A DNA stretch of 64,000 nt from assembly GCA_021776775.1 (NCBI GenBank), contig JAJFFE010000175.1, forward strand, positions 12,562 through 76,561. The letters are read 5' to 3'. The number at the start of each line of letters is the position of its first letter. Positions within the stretch are counted from its first letter, which is position 1. Made by a program: the position numbers and the translations under genes. Shown here piece by piece: positions 29,201 to 38,067 of the stretch. The DNA is from Planctomycetota bacterium. GTDB lineage: Bacteria; Planctomycetota; UBA8108; UBA1146; JAJFFE01. The notes below the pieces were generated by a model. It made no database searches, was not told the origin of the DNA, and saw only the letters and a program-made list of their open reading frames with translations.

Positions 29201-30756
29201 CAAGGAGCGGGCGCGACTCGCGCAAAGTACTCCGTTGTCGCGGTTGGGGTCACGTCGATGCTGTTCCCGGTCCCGAGCGGAATCCCGCCGCAGCTACCCT
29301 CGAACCACTCCACCGTCGTCCCAGGTAGCGTCGATGCTGTCAACGTGACGGAGCCGCTGCAGATCCCCAAAGCACTCGCCGTAACAGTCGGAGGTAAGAA
29401 ATACTGATCCACGACGATATCGGCTGAATCGCTATCCAGCGACGCCGCGAGCGCGTCGCTGACCTGAACGACGTACGAGCCAGCGTCGCTCAGTACGGCC
29501 GGCCCGATTGCGAGCGAAGCGCTCGTTGCGCCAGCGATTTCGACTCCGTCCTTCATCCACTGGTAGGTCAGCGGTGTCGGTCCGAGTGCGGCGACGGAGA
29601 GAGTGATCGATTCTCCCTCACACAGACTTGAATCGGCGGGATGGGCAACAATGGAGAGTCCCCGATCATAGATGTAGCTCGAACCGAAGCTCTCGTTGCT
29701 GTTGACGAGCATGAACTCGTCGGCCAGGGAGACTTCACGTCCGAACTCGGTCGGGAAGGGAGGCGCAACGGTGAGGGTTCGACTCAGTTGCCACAGCCCT
29801 GAACCGTCGCGTGAGTACACTTTGACGCTTTCACCCCAGTCGCTGACGGCCAACTCCGAGGCGTCGACGTCGAGCGACTTTCCGAAGTTGAGTGATCCCG
29901 AGGTTATCGTTTGCGCTAACACCCAATTCGCGCCGGTGTTTTGGTAATAACGGACCGCTCCTTCCGACTCTGTCCCGACGATCAATCGATCGTCGATCAA
30001 CCTCAGGGAGTATCCAAATCCACTGCTCGGAACGTTACCATCGATGATCTGCGACTCGCTCCAATTGCCACCGCTATCCCGCTCGTAGAGGACCACGCGA
30101 CCGGTGTGCGTCGAGAAGAACCCGGGTTCACCCACCGCGAGCCAATCCCCCGACAACGCCGTCTTGTAGCCGAACTCACCCATGGGTCCCGCGGGCGGGG
30201 TGAGGATTGTCGTTTGATTCCAATCTGATCCCGTTCGGTCGTAGATGAACACTCTGCCATAGCCAGAGAACGGCTGCTCGACACCCACCGCGGCCGTCGA
30301 TTGATCAATGTCGATCGAGCGACCAAACCATCCGGCGTTGCTAGCAGTGTCGGGGGCGAGTTCTTCCGTCAACGTCCAGCTTCCCAAAGTAGAGTCGTAC
30401 TGAAAGACGTCCACCGCCCCATCCTGAAGACCAGGACTGGCGGGAAGTGAGCGAGTAATTGCTCCGACGAATAGCCAATCGCCGTCGACCGCGATCTCGT
30501 GACCAAAGGAGCCGCCGCCCACCCCGGCGATAGTTTGGCTCAACGTCCACGTCGATCCGACTAGCTCGTACACGAAGGCCTGGTCGAAGGTGTAGTCTCC
30601 GAGAATTGCCCAGTTCTGAGACGCCCCGAGGAAACGTCCGACCGTACCTCCGGACGCAGGGGCGGGAGCGATGATGGTGTCCGGGAGTTGCTGAGCCTCG
30701 AGATACGACGTGAGAACGCCGAGAACAATAATCGGAATCAGAGTTGTCGATCGCAT
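26212..30756 (-). CDS. Giant secreted protein (~1514 aa): signal peptide, FG-GAP/integrin-alpha-like propeller repeats, Ig-like domains, right-handed parallel beta-helix, C-terminal dockerin-like module
   Basis: Signal peptide MRSTTLIPIIVLGVLTSYLEAQQ (ATG 30756 with GAAGGTG upstream). FG-GAP-like repeats (GFGHEIAVDGDWLFVGA, GWFGRSIDID, GEFGYKTALSGDWLAVG, SGFGYSLRLIDDRLIVG). I-set-like PLTYQWMKDGVEIAGATSASL...DAGSYVVQV. Beta-helix repeats (GGGITIIEGSNPTIRACEISGN, GGGICLIDADATIVDSLIAGN, GGGIYIRTVGHVEIRGN). C-terminal RRGDANSDTLFDIGDAIFTLSHLF...DANDDGNIDIGDAIFTLSALF...CGVDPTPDTLEC. Confidence 0.85.
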   Translation of the reverse strand: MRSTTLIPIIVLGVLTSYLEAQQLPDTIIAPAPASGGTVGRFLGASQNWAILGDYTFDQAFVYELVGSTWTLSQTIAGVGGGSFGHEIAVDGDWLFVGAITRSLPASPGLQDGAVDVFQYDSTLGSWTLTEELAPDTASNAGWFGRSIDIDQSTAAVGVEQPFSGYGRVFIYDRTGSDWNQTTILTPPAGPMGEFGYKTALSGDWLAVGEPGFFSTHTGRVVLYERDSGGNWSESQIIDGNVPSSGFGYSLRLIDDRLIVGTESEGAVRYYQNTGANWVLAQTITSGSLNFGKSLDVDASELAVSDWGESVKVYSRDGSGLWQLSRTLTVAPPFPTEFGREVSLADEFMLVNSNESFGSSYIYDRGLSIVAHPADSSLCEGESITLSVAALGPTPLTYQWMKDGVEIAGATSASLAIGPAVLSDAGSYVVQVSDALAASLDSDSADIVVDQYFLPPTVTASALGICSGSVTLTASTLPGTTVEWFEGSCGGIPLGTGNSIDVTPTATTEYFARVAPAPCASPDCASITIVFGATPAVPTSASVSESLVCYGTEVFLTATAADPTNTIRWYEGGCGVNAGTVVGETGSGVAIGVTSTAYPATTYYAKSLDVDCESDQCLAVDVTFVAVASATLISSDVTICAGESITLEAEAPTDPLDIVVWSEACFGGSETVGEHYLVAPSESTIYYARVQNTSGCMGPCQAVTVTVLQPPTVTLPAGPVQFCGAIDLAVDVEGTAMIQWYKDAIAIAGATSEQLLIDPAGSDDAGAYTVQATNACGQVTTAPIELVALPTVFGILGTPADLLTTGGTDVTFSGVGFDSTLTVTVISAFGASLAEVVDATGDQVLVTMPAIAPGCDCSDGTTIPAEVSFETDCGQAVATVSMEYVVAPILVSPYATQVERQLCLDNAVPGDCIVFEGDDVAPDHAGPLELNNKSLVTITTSDGVAVSALATGTPTEATLRIADCDDTVCVSHLTFIHGNSGLEIGSSSESLIYNCRFTKNEQADLDHGGGITIIEGSNPTIRACEISGNITAGSGGGICLIDADATIVDSLIAGNEAAGAGGGIYIRTVGHVEIRGNEIVNHGSEPDPGSPGSSVSFGGGVCWITDFPMDPLDPPIATGVVANNTIRSNLSEDFGGGIYLGRYVAPDVLGNDIDSNRTLGCDSKGGGVFVESQNDTPFTLCGNIVRRNVSQVGGGIMLLDKCRATVEHNLIYCNEVQQLCEIDGKGPMAPPPPSFFAAGLYLDGVRAIIRHNTIFSNTGSSIVNQGGGLHFIGAALTPLRIHDNVFTENEHWQAYSGTVLPAGGDFFYDNLGWCSAIAGPAFHSNLAPSMSTYIDPLLVAPSCESNTPWADFGLSSSSIAIELGGESSTIDDLGAVPFVGDLPECAQELDFNDCDGDGVEDEIQIASNPSLDSDGDGVLDVCTSPTFRRGDANSDTLFDIGDAIFTLSHLFSGGADPSCEDSADANDDGNIDIGDAIFTLSALFSSGALPPSPGDQNCGVDPTPDTLECGAPCP

Positions 30757-30976
30757 GCGTACACCTTCTCGTCCTGGTTGCGTATCGTCACGCCGAGCGG
30801 CGTGTGTACGGCCCTGCGCCGTGCGAGAAGGAGACGGGCAATAAATCAGGTAAAAAGTTTTTCGCCTTTCGCAACGACAACGCTCGTTTCGAGTTGCGCC
30901 GATCGATTCGCCCGTCATCCTTTGACGTTCCGGGTGGGACCAAAGCAATCAGCGCGGTGGATAGGGTTGACGCTTC

Positions 30977-31549
30977 GTGAACGACGTCACGCGGATGATT
31001 GAAGCGGTCGAACGTAGAGAAGGCGGGTCCGAGCAATTGCTGACGACTCACGTCTATCACGAGCTTAGACATATGGCTCGGGACAAGATGCGTCGGGAGC
31101 GGGCCGGCGGCACCCTCAACACCACAGCTCTCGTCCACGAGGCTTACCTTCGTCTCGTCGGCGGCGGTCCGTTAGCATCCGATAGCCGAACCTACTTCTA
31201 TGGCGCAGCGGCCGAAGCAATGCGACGGATCCTTGTCGAGCGGGCCCGCCGACGCGGGCGACTCCGGCACGGCGGAGGACTACGACGGGTATCACTGAAT
31301 TTCGATCACGCCGCCTCGGCACCGACCGCAGACGTCGTCGCACTCTCCGAAGCGCTGGAGGAACTCGAGGCTGTCGACGCGCGCAAAGCTCTGACGGTCA
31401 AGCTCCGCTACTTTGTCGGTCTTTCAACTATAGAATGCGCGGATGCCGTCGGCGTTTCGGAACGAACGTGCAAAGAGGATTGGCGCATCGCACGTATGTG
31501 GCTCAACCAACGCTTGCGTCACGATGACGCCGGCACTGCGCCTGACTAA
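30977..31549 (+). CDS. ECF sigma-70 factor of the subfamily paired with Ser/Thr kinases
   Basis: Region 2 (LLTTHVYHELRHMAR, ALVHEAYLRL) and region 4 (LTVKLRYFVGLSTIECADAVGVSERTCKEDWRIARMWL). Immediately upstream of a Ser/Thr kinase gene. Confidence 0.8.
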   Translation: MNDVTRMIEAVERREGGSEQLLTTHVYHELRHMARDKMRRERAGGTLNTTALVHEAYLRLVGGGPLASDSRTYFYGAAAEAMRRILVERARRRGRLRHGGGLRRVSLNFDHAASAPTADVVALSEALEELEAVDARKALTVKLRYFVGLSTIECADAVGVSERTCKEDWRIARMWLNQRLRHDDAGTAPD

Positions 31550-31591
31550 CACGTCTAGGTACACGGCTGGCAACTCGGTTGGAGCTACATC

Positions 31592-33088
31592 TTGGACCCA
31601 ATTCGATGGCGAGAAATCGAGCGCAACCTCAAAGAAGTCCTGAGGACGCCCGAACCGCAACGCGAGAGTACACTCCAAAGGCTCTACGCCCAGGACGCCG
31701 AGCTCGCGCGCGAGGTGGAATCGCTGATCGCTTGTGAGCACTCGTACGATTGGGAAGATCCCGCGCCAGCAATACTCGAGCACGAACTTCCGACGAGTGT
31801 CGAAATCGGGGACCAGGTCGGCAAGTACACAATCGTCGAAGTCCTCGGCCGGGGAGGCATGGGCGTCGTCTACCTCGCCAACCAGTCTCAGCCCCAACGC
31901 CTCATCGCCCTCAAAGTGATCGCGACGGAACTTGCGGGAGAGGAGTCGTTTCGTCGCTTCAAGTCAGAAGTGGACATCTTGGCGCGTTTGAGCCACCCCG
32001 GAATCGCGCAGATCTTCGACGCCGGCGAGCTAGAGGGAGAAACGTTCAGGCCCTACTTTGCGATGGAGTACGTCGCTGGCGAAACACTCGGCGACTACAA
32101 CTCGAGTCACTCCCCCTCGATCAAGGCGCGGGTCGAACTCCTCATCAAGATTTGCCACGCGGTTCAGCACGCTCACATGCGCGGCGTCCTCCACCGAGAC
32201 CTGAAACCGAGCAACATCGTCGTCGACGCTAGCGGCGAGCCAAAGTTGCTCGACTTCGGGGTTGCCAAGACGATCGCAGGGGCAGACTCGTCGGCCGAGC
32301 GAACCCAGGCCGGACACCTCATCGGAACCCTGAACTACATGAGTCCAGAACAAGCCGCGGCCGACCCCGCCGCACTGGACGTTCGAACGGACCTTTACGC
32401 GTTGGGAGTCATCGCATACGAGTTACTCTCCGGTCGCCTGCCGTTCGACTTCCAAGGCGTTCCGTTGCACAAAGCGATAGAGACCATCGTAAATGTCGAT
32501 CCCGAGCCTCTCGACTGCACGAACCGTGAGTTGCGCGGCGATCTCAGCGTCGTCATACAGAAAGCGGTCTCACGGGACATCGAGCAGCGTTATCAATCGG
32601 CCCAGGAGCTAGCAGACGATCTCGGCCGTGTTTTGTCGGGAGAGCCGGTCGCCGCTCGCCGCGCTACGACGGTCTACCAGCTCCGCAAACTGGCTTGGCA
32701 CTATCGCGGCGCACTCGCGCTGTTGCTCGTGGCGGCGGTCGGTGGAGTCGCGGCGACCGTCGGATTCGTACTGCGCTCGATGGAAGTCAGCCGCAAGAAC
32801 GAGTTGATTGAGTTCTTCTTGTTCGACAGGCAACCCGGGCTCCGCGAACGGATGCTTCTCGAGGAAGGAATGTTCGATGACGTCATTGCAGACATCGATC
32901 GCTTGTTGCCAGATCAGCCGGCGATCAGAATCAAGCAGTACGAACGATTTGCACGTGTTTGCTTGGATCGATCTCAGTTTACTCGAGCCCTGGATCTGAT
33001 AGGTCGAGCTCAGCGGCTGAGTAGCTCTACTCTCGGAGGCTCGCGGGTCCGACCCTGTTCCTCGTCCGGTTTCGGAGCGACGTCATGA
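31592..33088 (+). CDS. Ser/Thr protein kinase (Hanks type) with C-terminal TM and linker
   Basis: Gly loop LGRGGMGVVYLA. VAIK-like LIALKV. Catalytic loop HRDLKPSNIVVD. DFGVAK. APE-like SPEQA. TM ALALLLVAAVGGVAATVGFVL. Confidence 0.85.
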   Translation: MDPIRWREIERNLKEVLRTPEPQRESTLQRLYAQDAELAREVESLIACEHSYDWEDPAPAILEHELPTSVEIGDQVGKYTIVEVLGRGGMGVVYLANQSQPQRLIALKVIATELAGEESFRRFKSEVDILARLSHPGIAQIFDAGELEGETFRPYFAMEYVAGETLGDYNSSHSPSIKARVELLIKICHAVQHAHMRGVLHRDLKPSNIVVDASGEPKLLDFGVAKTIAGADSSAERTQAGHLIGTLNYMSPEQAAADPAALDVRTDLYALGVIAYELLSGRLPFDFQGVPLHKAIETIVNVDPEPLDCTNRELRGDLSVVIQKAVSRDIEQRYQSAQELADDLGRVLSGEPVAARRATTVYQLRKLAWHYRGALALLLVAAVGGVAATVGFVLRSMEVSRKNELIEFFLFDRQPGLRERMLLEEGMFDDVIADIDRLLPDQPAIRIKQYERFARVCLDRSQFTRALDLIGRAQRLSSSTLGGSRVRPCSSSGFGATS

Positions 33089-33735
33089 TGAGGTCCGGTC
33101 GCGCCAAGAGTGCCGAAGAATTCATACGTCCCTACTTGGACCGAGTCGGTTCGAGCGAGTTCGACGTTCAGGAGGACCGATTCGATGGAGAGAGTCTCTT
33201 TCGCATGCGGATCTGCATGGCGGGTGCGCTCCGGCATCAAGAACGGCACCGCGAAGCAGCTGAATTCTATCGCCTCGCCTTACGGGAGAGCCGCCTCCCA
33301 GAGCGTCACCCAGACTTGCCTGATGCTCAGTCCGGGCTGGCCGCGGTGTTGTTACAATTGGGTGAAACCGAAGGCGCAGTGTCGTTCGCTTGGCAGGCGT
33401 ATCAACTACAACGACACTGGCAAGGCATGTCCAACAGCGCCACGGTCAACGCCCTCCGGTTGTCCGCTTGGGCGAGTGCGAAAAATGGCTCGTTGTCGGA
33501 TGCCGAAGCTCGGCTGACGCTTCTCGAACAAACGGTAAGAGACGTGTACGCACCAGGCGGCCCCGCGGCAGCCTTGAACGGCATGTTGTGGGCAGACCTC
33601 CGGGACCGCCAAGGGCAGAACGACGCGGCGGTCGAGTTGTATCGGAAATGGAATGAGTTAGCGGCGAAGGGCATGACGAAGAACCACTGGTTTCGGCGAG
33701 AGTTCGCTCGACTGCGGGACCGCCTGGCGCAGTAA
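33085..33735 (+). CDS. TPR-like repeat protein, overlapping the kinase stop by 4 nt
   Basis: Helical repeat units (AAEFYRLALRES, AVSFAWQAYQLQRH, AVELYRKWNELAAKG). Start ATGA overlaps the kinase stop, consistent with coupled translation or an ancestral kinase-TPR fusion. Confidence 0.6.
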   Translation: MMRSGRAKSAEEFIRPYLDRVGSSEFDVQEDRFDGESLFRMRICMAGALRHQERHREAAEFYRLALRESRLPERHPDLPDAQSGLAAVLLQLGETEGAVSFAWQAYQLQRHWQGMSNSATVNALRLSAWASAKNGSLSDAEARLTLLEQTVRDVYAPGGPAAALNGMLWADLRDRQGQNDAAVELYRKWNELAAKGMTKNHWFRREFARLRDRLAQ

Positions 33736-34170
33736 CGTTGAGTTGTCGCGTCCTATCGGCCCATTCAGTCGGTTAACTTCTCTGCGCGGCGGCGTTGTCT
33801 CGCAGACTCACTCGTCACCTTGCATGTGGGAGCTCAATCCGAGGAGCTTAGATGGTCCAAACCCGACGAGGGACTCGCGGCACTTCGGTAGATCGAGTTA
33901 CTCGTCCTGTGCTCGAGTAAGCGCCGACTCTCCCGCCAGACCTTCGGCGTCTACCCTCGTGACTCGACCATGGTAAGCGACGGTCACGGTGCGCACGGGT
34001 GAGTCTCGCAACGCTTCGGCGATGAACTGCTTGTCACCCTTCAAAAGAACTCGCCAGGCGAAGCCGGTTGCCAGCAATACCGCCTCCTTCAGTAAGTGGA
34101 GCGCGCGCCGGTCTCATTGAAGAGCTTCAATTACCCCGACACCGACATGGTCCACTATCAAGGCCGCTAC

Positions 34171-34250
34171 CACCCTGGACTCAAACGCGATCACCAGCTC
34201 GTCACCGGCGTGAGTTCCTCGCCATGCTCGTGCCCCACCTCCCACATCGG
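34171..34250. repeat. Direct repeat A, copy 2
   Basis: See copy 1 at 18031-18113. Same orientation. Confidence 0.8.
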
Positions 34251-34560
34251 TATCAATGTCGCCAGCGAAGCGTTGCCCGAACTCGATTGGCGCGCTCGCG
34301 GGGGACGGCACAAGACCGGCGACGATCAGCAGGGCTAGAGTGGACACAGTGCGAGTCGCTCGGATCATGACAACACCTTCTCTGATTGTGTTGATCGAAA
34401 GTGGTCCACGCCCGAGGTGGGCCATTTCGACCGCGTCTTACGACGGATTCGAAGGTTGTTATTCTCGCCCGGCTTCCGCTCTTCCTCGGTCGAGGCTGCC
34501 GCGCCCCCCCACCGTGTTAGTCGGTGTTCGAGGCGTCGCGCGAGCCTCCCGCCGGTCAGC

Positions 34561-35376
34561 CTAAGGACAAGCGGACGATTCACACCCGAACTCTATGTCG
34601 TCGGGCGCGGGTCCGCAGTTCGGGAATGGCGCTTGGGGCTCGTCTCCAGACAAGAACAGGTAACTCAACAAAAAGATGAGGTCTGCGATGTCCAGTTGAT
34701 CGTCATTGTTGGAATCGAGCGCGGCGACGCATTGGGGCTCTTCCCCACCCAGAAACAAGTAGTCTTCGGCGGTGAAGACATCCGCGATGTCGACGACGCC
34801 GTCGGTATTCATGTCGCCCCGGACATACGGAGAGGGGCCGAACGTGATAAGTCCGTCAACTAGGTTCGGGTCCGGGCCAATGATTGCGAGTTGGACGGAA
34901 TTTGAGACCGCTGGGATGCCAAGAGTATCGGTCCATGTGAGATCGGTCGACTGTCCTACGAACGGCGCGATGGCCGTGAATGTCACGTCGATTGCTGGCT
35001 CGGCGATGGGGAACGGAACCGACCATGAGCCGGTGTGGGAGTAGGCGACGCCGGCGGTCCAGCCGCCATCGAACACCGCTGTGGCGAAGAAATCGGGCTG
35101 GCCCCACGGGTCAACGAAAATTGCGGATCCGTAGGTGATCTCTTCGACGTCCAGGACATCGGAGTCATGCGCGCACCCCATCGCGAACCCTAGGGTTTGG
35201 ACGAGTGGTCCCGATGTCTGGTGAATATCGAAACTGATCGTGAACTCGAAGTCGGTTTCGCCGGGTGTGAACGCAATGTATTGGGTCGGAGCGATGAAGT
35301 CGAATTCGACTTGAGCGCTCGCGGCGTTCGGAGCGAGTAGCAAGGCGGTTGTCAGAACGAGGAGCGTACGGATCAT
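34561..35376 (-). CDS. Small secreted protein with C-terminal dockerin-like module
   Basis: Signal peptide MIRTLLVLTTALLLAPNAASAQ (ATG 35376). C-terminal RGDMNTDGVVDIADVFTAEDYLFLGG...DSNNDDQLDIADLIFLLSYLF...CGPAPDDIEFGCESSACP. Confidence 0.75.
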   Translation of the reverse strand: MIRTLLVLTTALLLAPNAASAQVEFDFIAPTQYIAFTPGETDFEFTISFDIHQTSGPLVQTLGFAMGCAHDSDVLDVEEITYGSAIFVDPWGQPDFFATAVFDGGWTAGVAYSHTGSWSVPFPIAEPAIDVTFTAIAPFVGQSTDLTWTDTLGIPAVSNSVQLAIIGPDPNLVDGLITFGPSPYVRGDMNTDGVVDIADVFTAEDYLFLGGEEPQCVAALDSNNDDQLDIADLIFLLSYLFLSGDEPQAPFPNCGPAPDDIEFGCESSACP

Positions 35377-36119
35377 GGGCGCATTCTTTTTTCTGCGTGG
35401 AGTGGCTAAGCCAAAATCGGATGCAAGCGGGTCGAAGCGATGAAATCGAACGTCGTCTACGCGTGCGCCGCTGGGGTGACAACACAAAACAGCGCCAGAA
35501 CTAGAGCCGATCGGATCATGGGAGTCCCTTCTCCGTGAGTGATTGAGATCACATTCGCCGAGGTACGCGTCTCAGAGCGAGGATGGGGCCGCGCCTTACA
35601 CCCATTTAAAATGGAACTTTGTTCGTGCACGGCGGGCTAGATCAGGATCGATCCGGCTTGCCCACCGCGCATAGACCATTCTGACGAGTCATCGCCTGTT
35701 CAATAACGCTGGGCGTGAACTCCAACGAACGCCCAGCGGCGTCCTTTCTGTTTCCCACGCAACCTCCTGCCGTGGATCGAGCGCAAACGGATAGTGACTG
35801 CGAATCAGGATAGTGGATCGAGCGTCTATCACAGCGTTCCGCGAACAAGTTGCCGTATGGGGAGCCAATGCCTCTCCTGGATCCAAGACTAACTGCCTAC
35901 GCGTGTGCGACCGACATGGCAAACCGAGTGGTTCGTGTTATCCGTCGGCAGCGCGGCTAGGATGACGGTCGGCCGCGGGAGGCAAGTCATGCTCTAGCCG
36001 CTCACTCTTCGTCCTTTTCGGACCCGGCTTGGCTAGGGGGGCAAGCAGGATGGGGAACTACCATCTTACTTTTCCCTCGTGACTCCACGGCCGTTCTGCC
36101 ACCCCTTCTGGAGGAAGTC

Positions 36120-36623
36120 ATGAGAGACTCTCGCGCACGCATAGTGCTCACTGCATGTTCCGTCATCGCGGTCACCGGTCTCATCGCGCTCGGTGTCCAG
36201 GTTGCGCTCGCATCGACGGGCGACCCGAAGTGGTCTGTTCACCAGAAGGCCGTCGCGAGCGTCATCGAGAAGTGCTACTTCAACGGCGCGTTCAACGCGC
36301 TCGACGCTGACGCCATGGGGCGAGGCTTCCACGAGACCTTCGCTATCTTCTCGGCCAAGGGAGACGAGCTTTCGAGGTACGAAATCGCCGACTGGATGGC
36401 GGGCGTCCGAAAGAGAAAGGCGAAACCCGACTTCGATCCCAAGTCAGCGGCGATGGAGTGTCGCATCGTTTCGATCGACGTGACGGCAGGCGCCGCGGCA
36501 GCCAAGGTCGAAATGCGACGGGACGGCCGACTGATCTATACGGACTACTTGTCCCTACTGAAGTTCAAGAGCGGGTGGAAAATCTCGGCCAAGATCTATC
36601 ACCGGCATCCGGACTCGAAGTAG
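36120..36623 (+). CDS. NTF2/SnoaL-like fold protein (putative lumazine-binding / DUF4440-like), secreted
   Basis: N-terminal signal/TM, then an NTF2-like pattern: DRFHETFAIFSAKGDEL, RIVSIDVTAGAAAAKVEM, YTDYLSLLKFKSGWKI. Confidence 0.6.
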   Translation: MRDSRARIVLTACSVIAVTGLIALGVQVALASTGDPKWSVHQKAVASVIEKCYFNGAFNALDADAMGRGFHETFAIFSAKGDELSRYEIADWMAGVRKRKAKPDFDPKSAAMECRIVSIDVTAGAAAAKVEMRRDGRLIYTDYLSLLKFKSGWKISAKIYHRHPDSK

Positions 36624-36969
36624 GCGGCCTCGGCCTCAACCAAAACGGAGCCCCGTCCGCTTCCGTAGGTCTCCCATGATTGGAGCCGCATACCGCTCGT
36701 GATGACGCTGGTCCTCTTGGGGCTGTGCCACCAGAGCTCTCGGAAGCGGACCGCTCGGCGTACCTGCAAGGTTAAGGGTGAGCTTCAGCGGTACGTACGC
36801 TCCGACGATCGGTAGCGATAGGTAACCAGGGCGTTCTCTTACGGCCGGGTCGACAGCACCGGCACGGTGACAGTGACGCGACAGTTCGCTGCCGTGCAAC
36901 GCTTTGCGTCGTTGAACCACGGGGCTCGAGTTCGATCCCGGGCGAGAAGAACCGCTGGGTCGTCGGCCT

Positions 36970-37018
36970 CGACACTACTGGTCCGGGGGATACGCAGACG
37001 AGCCGACCATGATCACGG
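36970..37018. repeat. Direct repeat B, copy 2
   Basis: See copy 1 at 24630-24678. Same orientation. Intergenic, about 210 bp upstream of pspA. Confidence 0.85.
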
Positions 37019-37227
37019 CCGAATAGTCCTAGCAGCCTCTTCATCGCGGCCTCGCCCTGTCGCCGGAGGTTTTCGTGGAATCTGTCGTTGGTTGAGCCCG
37101 AGTTTGCCGGGCTGGTTCGACGGCTCGCGTGGCTGGACCTTGGTTCACTTCGGAGTATCCGCGTTGATTCTGTCACCTCAGCGCACTTATACTGCTTCGT
37201 TCTCGAACCTTAGGAAGAGCGGTAGTC

Positions 37228-37968
37228 ATGATTCTCGGCAAGATATGGGCATCCATCCGCGCCCAGTTCAACAAGCTCGCGAACTTCTTTTGGGAAGCCG
37301 ACCCGATCGCCCAAATGCAGTATGAGTACGACATGGCGGTGGAGCAGCTCAAAGATGGGCGCAAAGGGCTAGAGATCTACCGCGGACTCGTCGAGCGCGT
37401 TCTGCGCCAAGTCGAGTCCGGTAAGAGTAAGGTCGCCAAGCTCCAAGCCAGCACCAAGGCGTATCTCAAGGCTGGGGACCGAGAGAGCGCGGCGCGCTTC
37501 GCCCTTGATCTTCAGCGGGCCAAAACGGAGCTCGCCGATAACCAGGGGCAGCTCGAGATGCACGAGACCGCCTACGAGAACAACCTCAAGAAGATCAAAC
37601 ACGCGAACAAGAAGCTCGGTGAGGTCCGCGAGAAGATCACCCGGTACGACGCGGAGCTGAAAATGAGCGAAGCGGAGGCGGAGGTCGCGAAACTCGCCGA
37701 GAGCTTCGAGATGAACGTGACCACCGATTTCGGCCAGATCGAACAGGCCATCCAAGGTCGCATCGACGAGAACCGCGGTCGCGCGCGAGTGGCGGCGGAT
37801 ATGTCGGAAAAGGGCATCGACGAGATCAAAGCGGAAGAGCGCATGGAGGCGACGCTCGCCGACGATGCGTTGCGCGACTTCGAGGTGGAGCTCGGGCTGG
37901 TCTCTCCGGAGACGAGTCCCATGGTCGAGACCCCCAAGCATCTCGGACCCGCGACTGAGAACGAGTAG
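37228..37968 (+). CDS. pspA: PspA/IM30/Vipp1 family protein (bacterial ESCRT-III superfamily)
   Basis: N-terminal amphipathic helix MILGKIWASIRAQFNKL. Conserved EADPIAQMQYEYDMAVEQL (PspA DPxxM motif). About 220 aa of coiled coil with PspA-like heptad pattern. Confidence 0.85.
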   Translation: MILGKIWASIRAQFNKLANFFWEADPIAQMQYEYDMAVEQLKDGRKGLEIYRGLVERVLRQVESGKSKVAKLQASTKAYLKAGDRESAARFALDLQRAKTELADNQGQLEMHETAYENNLKKIKHANKKLGEVREKITRYDAELKMSEAEAEVAKLAESFEMNVTTDFGQIEQAIQGRIDENRGRARVAADMSEKGIDEIKAEERMEATLADDALRDFEVELGLVSPETSPMVETPKHLGPATENE

Positions 37969-38067
37969 TCTTTCGGTGACCGTTCGTTCGTCAGTTCGCC
38001 AGGCCATTCGAATTCAATACGGTTTTCTTCAGCGCCAAGAGAGTAACGTCCCTCAGAGAGCAGAGTC

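Noticed and set aside
33085-33088. Possible frameshift fusing the Ser/Thr kinase and the TPR protein into one gene
   Set aside because: A stop (TAG 33022-33024) lies in the TPR frame shortly upstream and another in the third frame, so there is no single indel that joins them. A 4-nt overlap (ATGA) of two separate genes is the simpler reading.
36921-36955. tRNA T-loop-like motif GAGTTCGATCCCGGGCGAGAAGAACC just 5' of repeat B2, considered as a tRNA gene or tRNA-derived att site
   Set aside because: I could not fold a complete cloverleaf (no complementary T-stem or acceptor stem, no D or anticodon arms upstream). At most a decayed tRNA 3' remnant. Not reportable as a tRNA.
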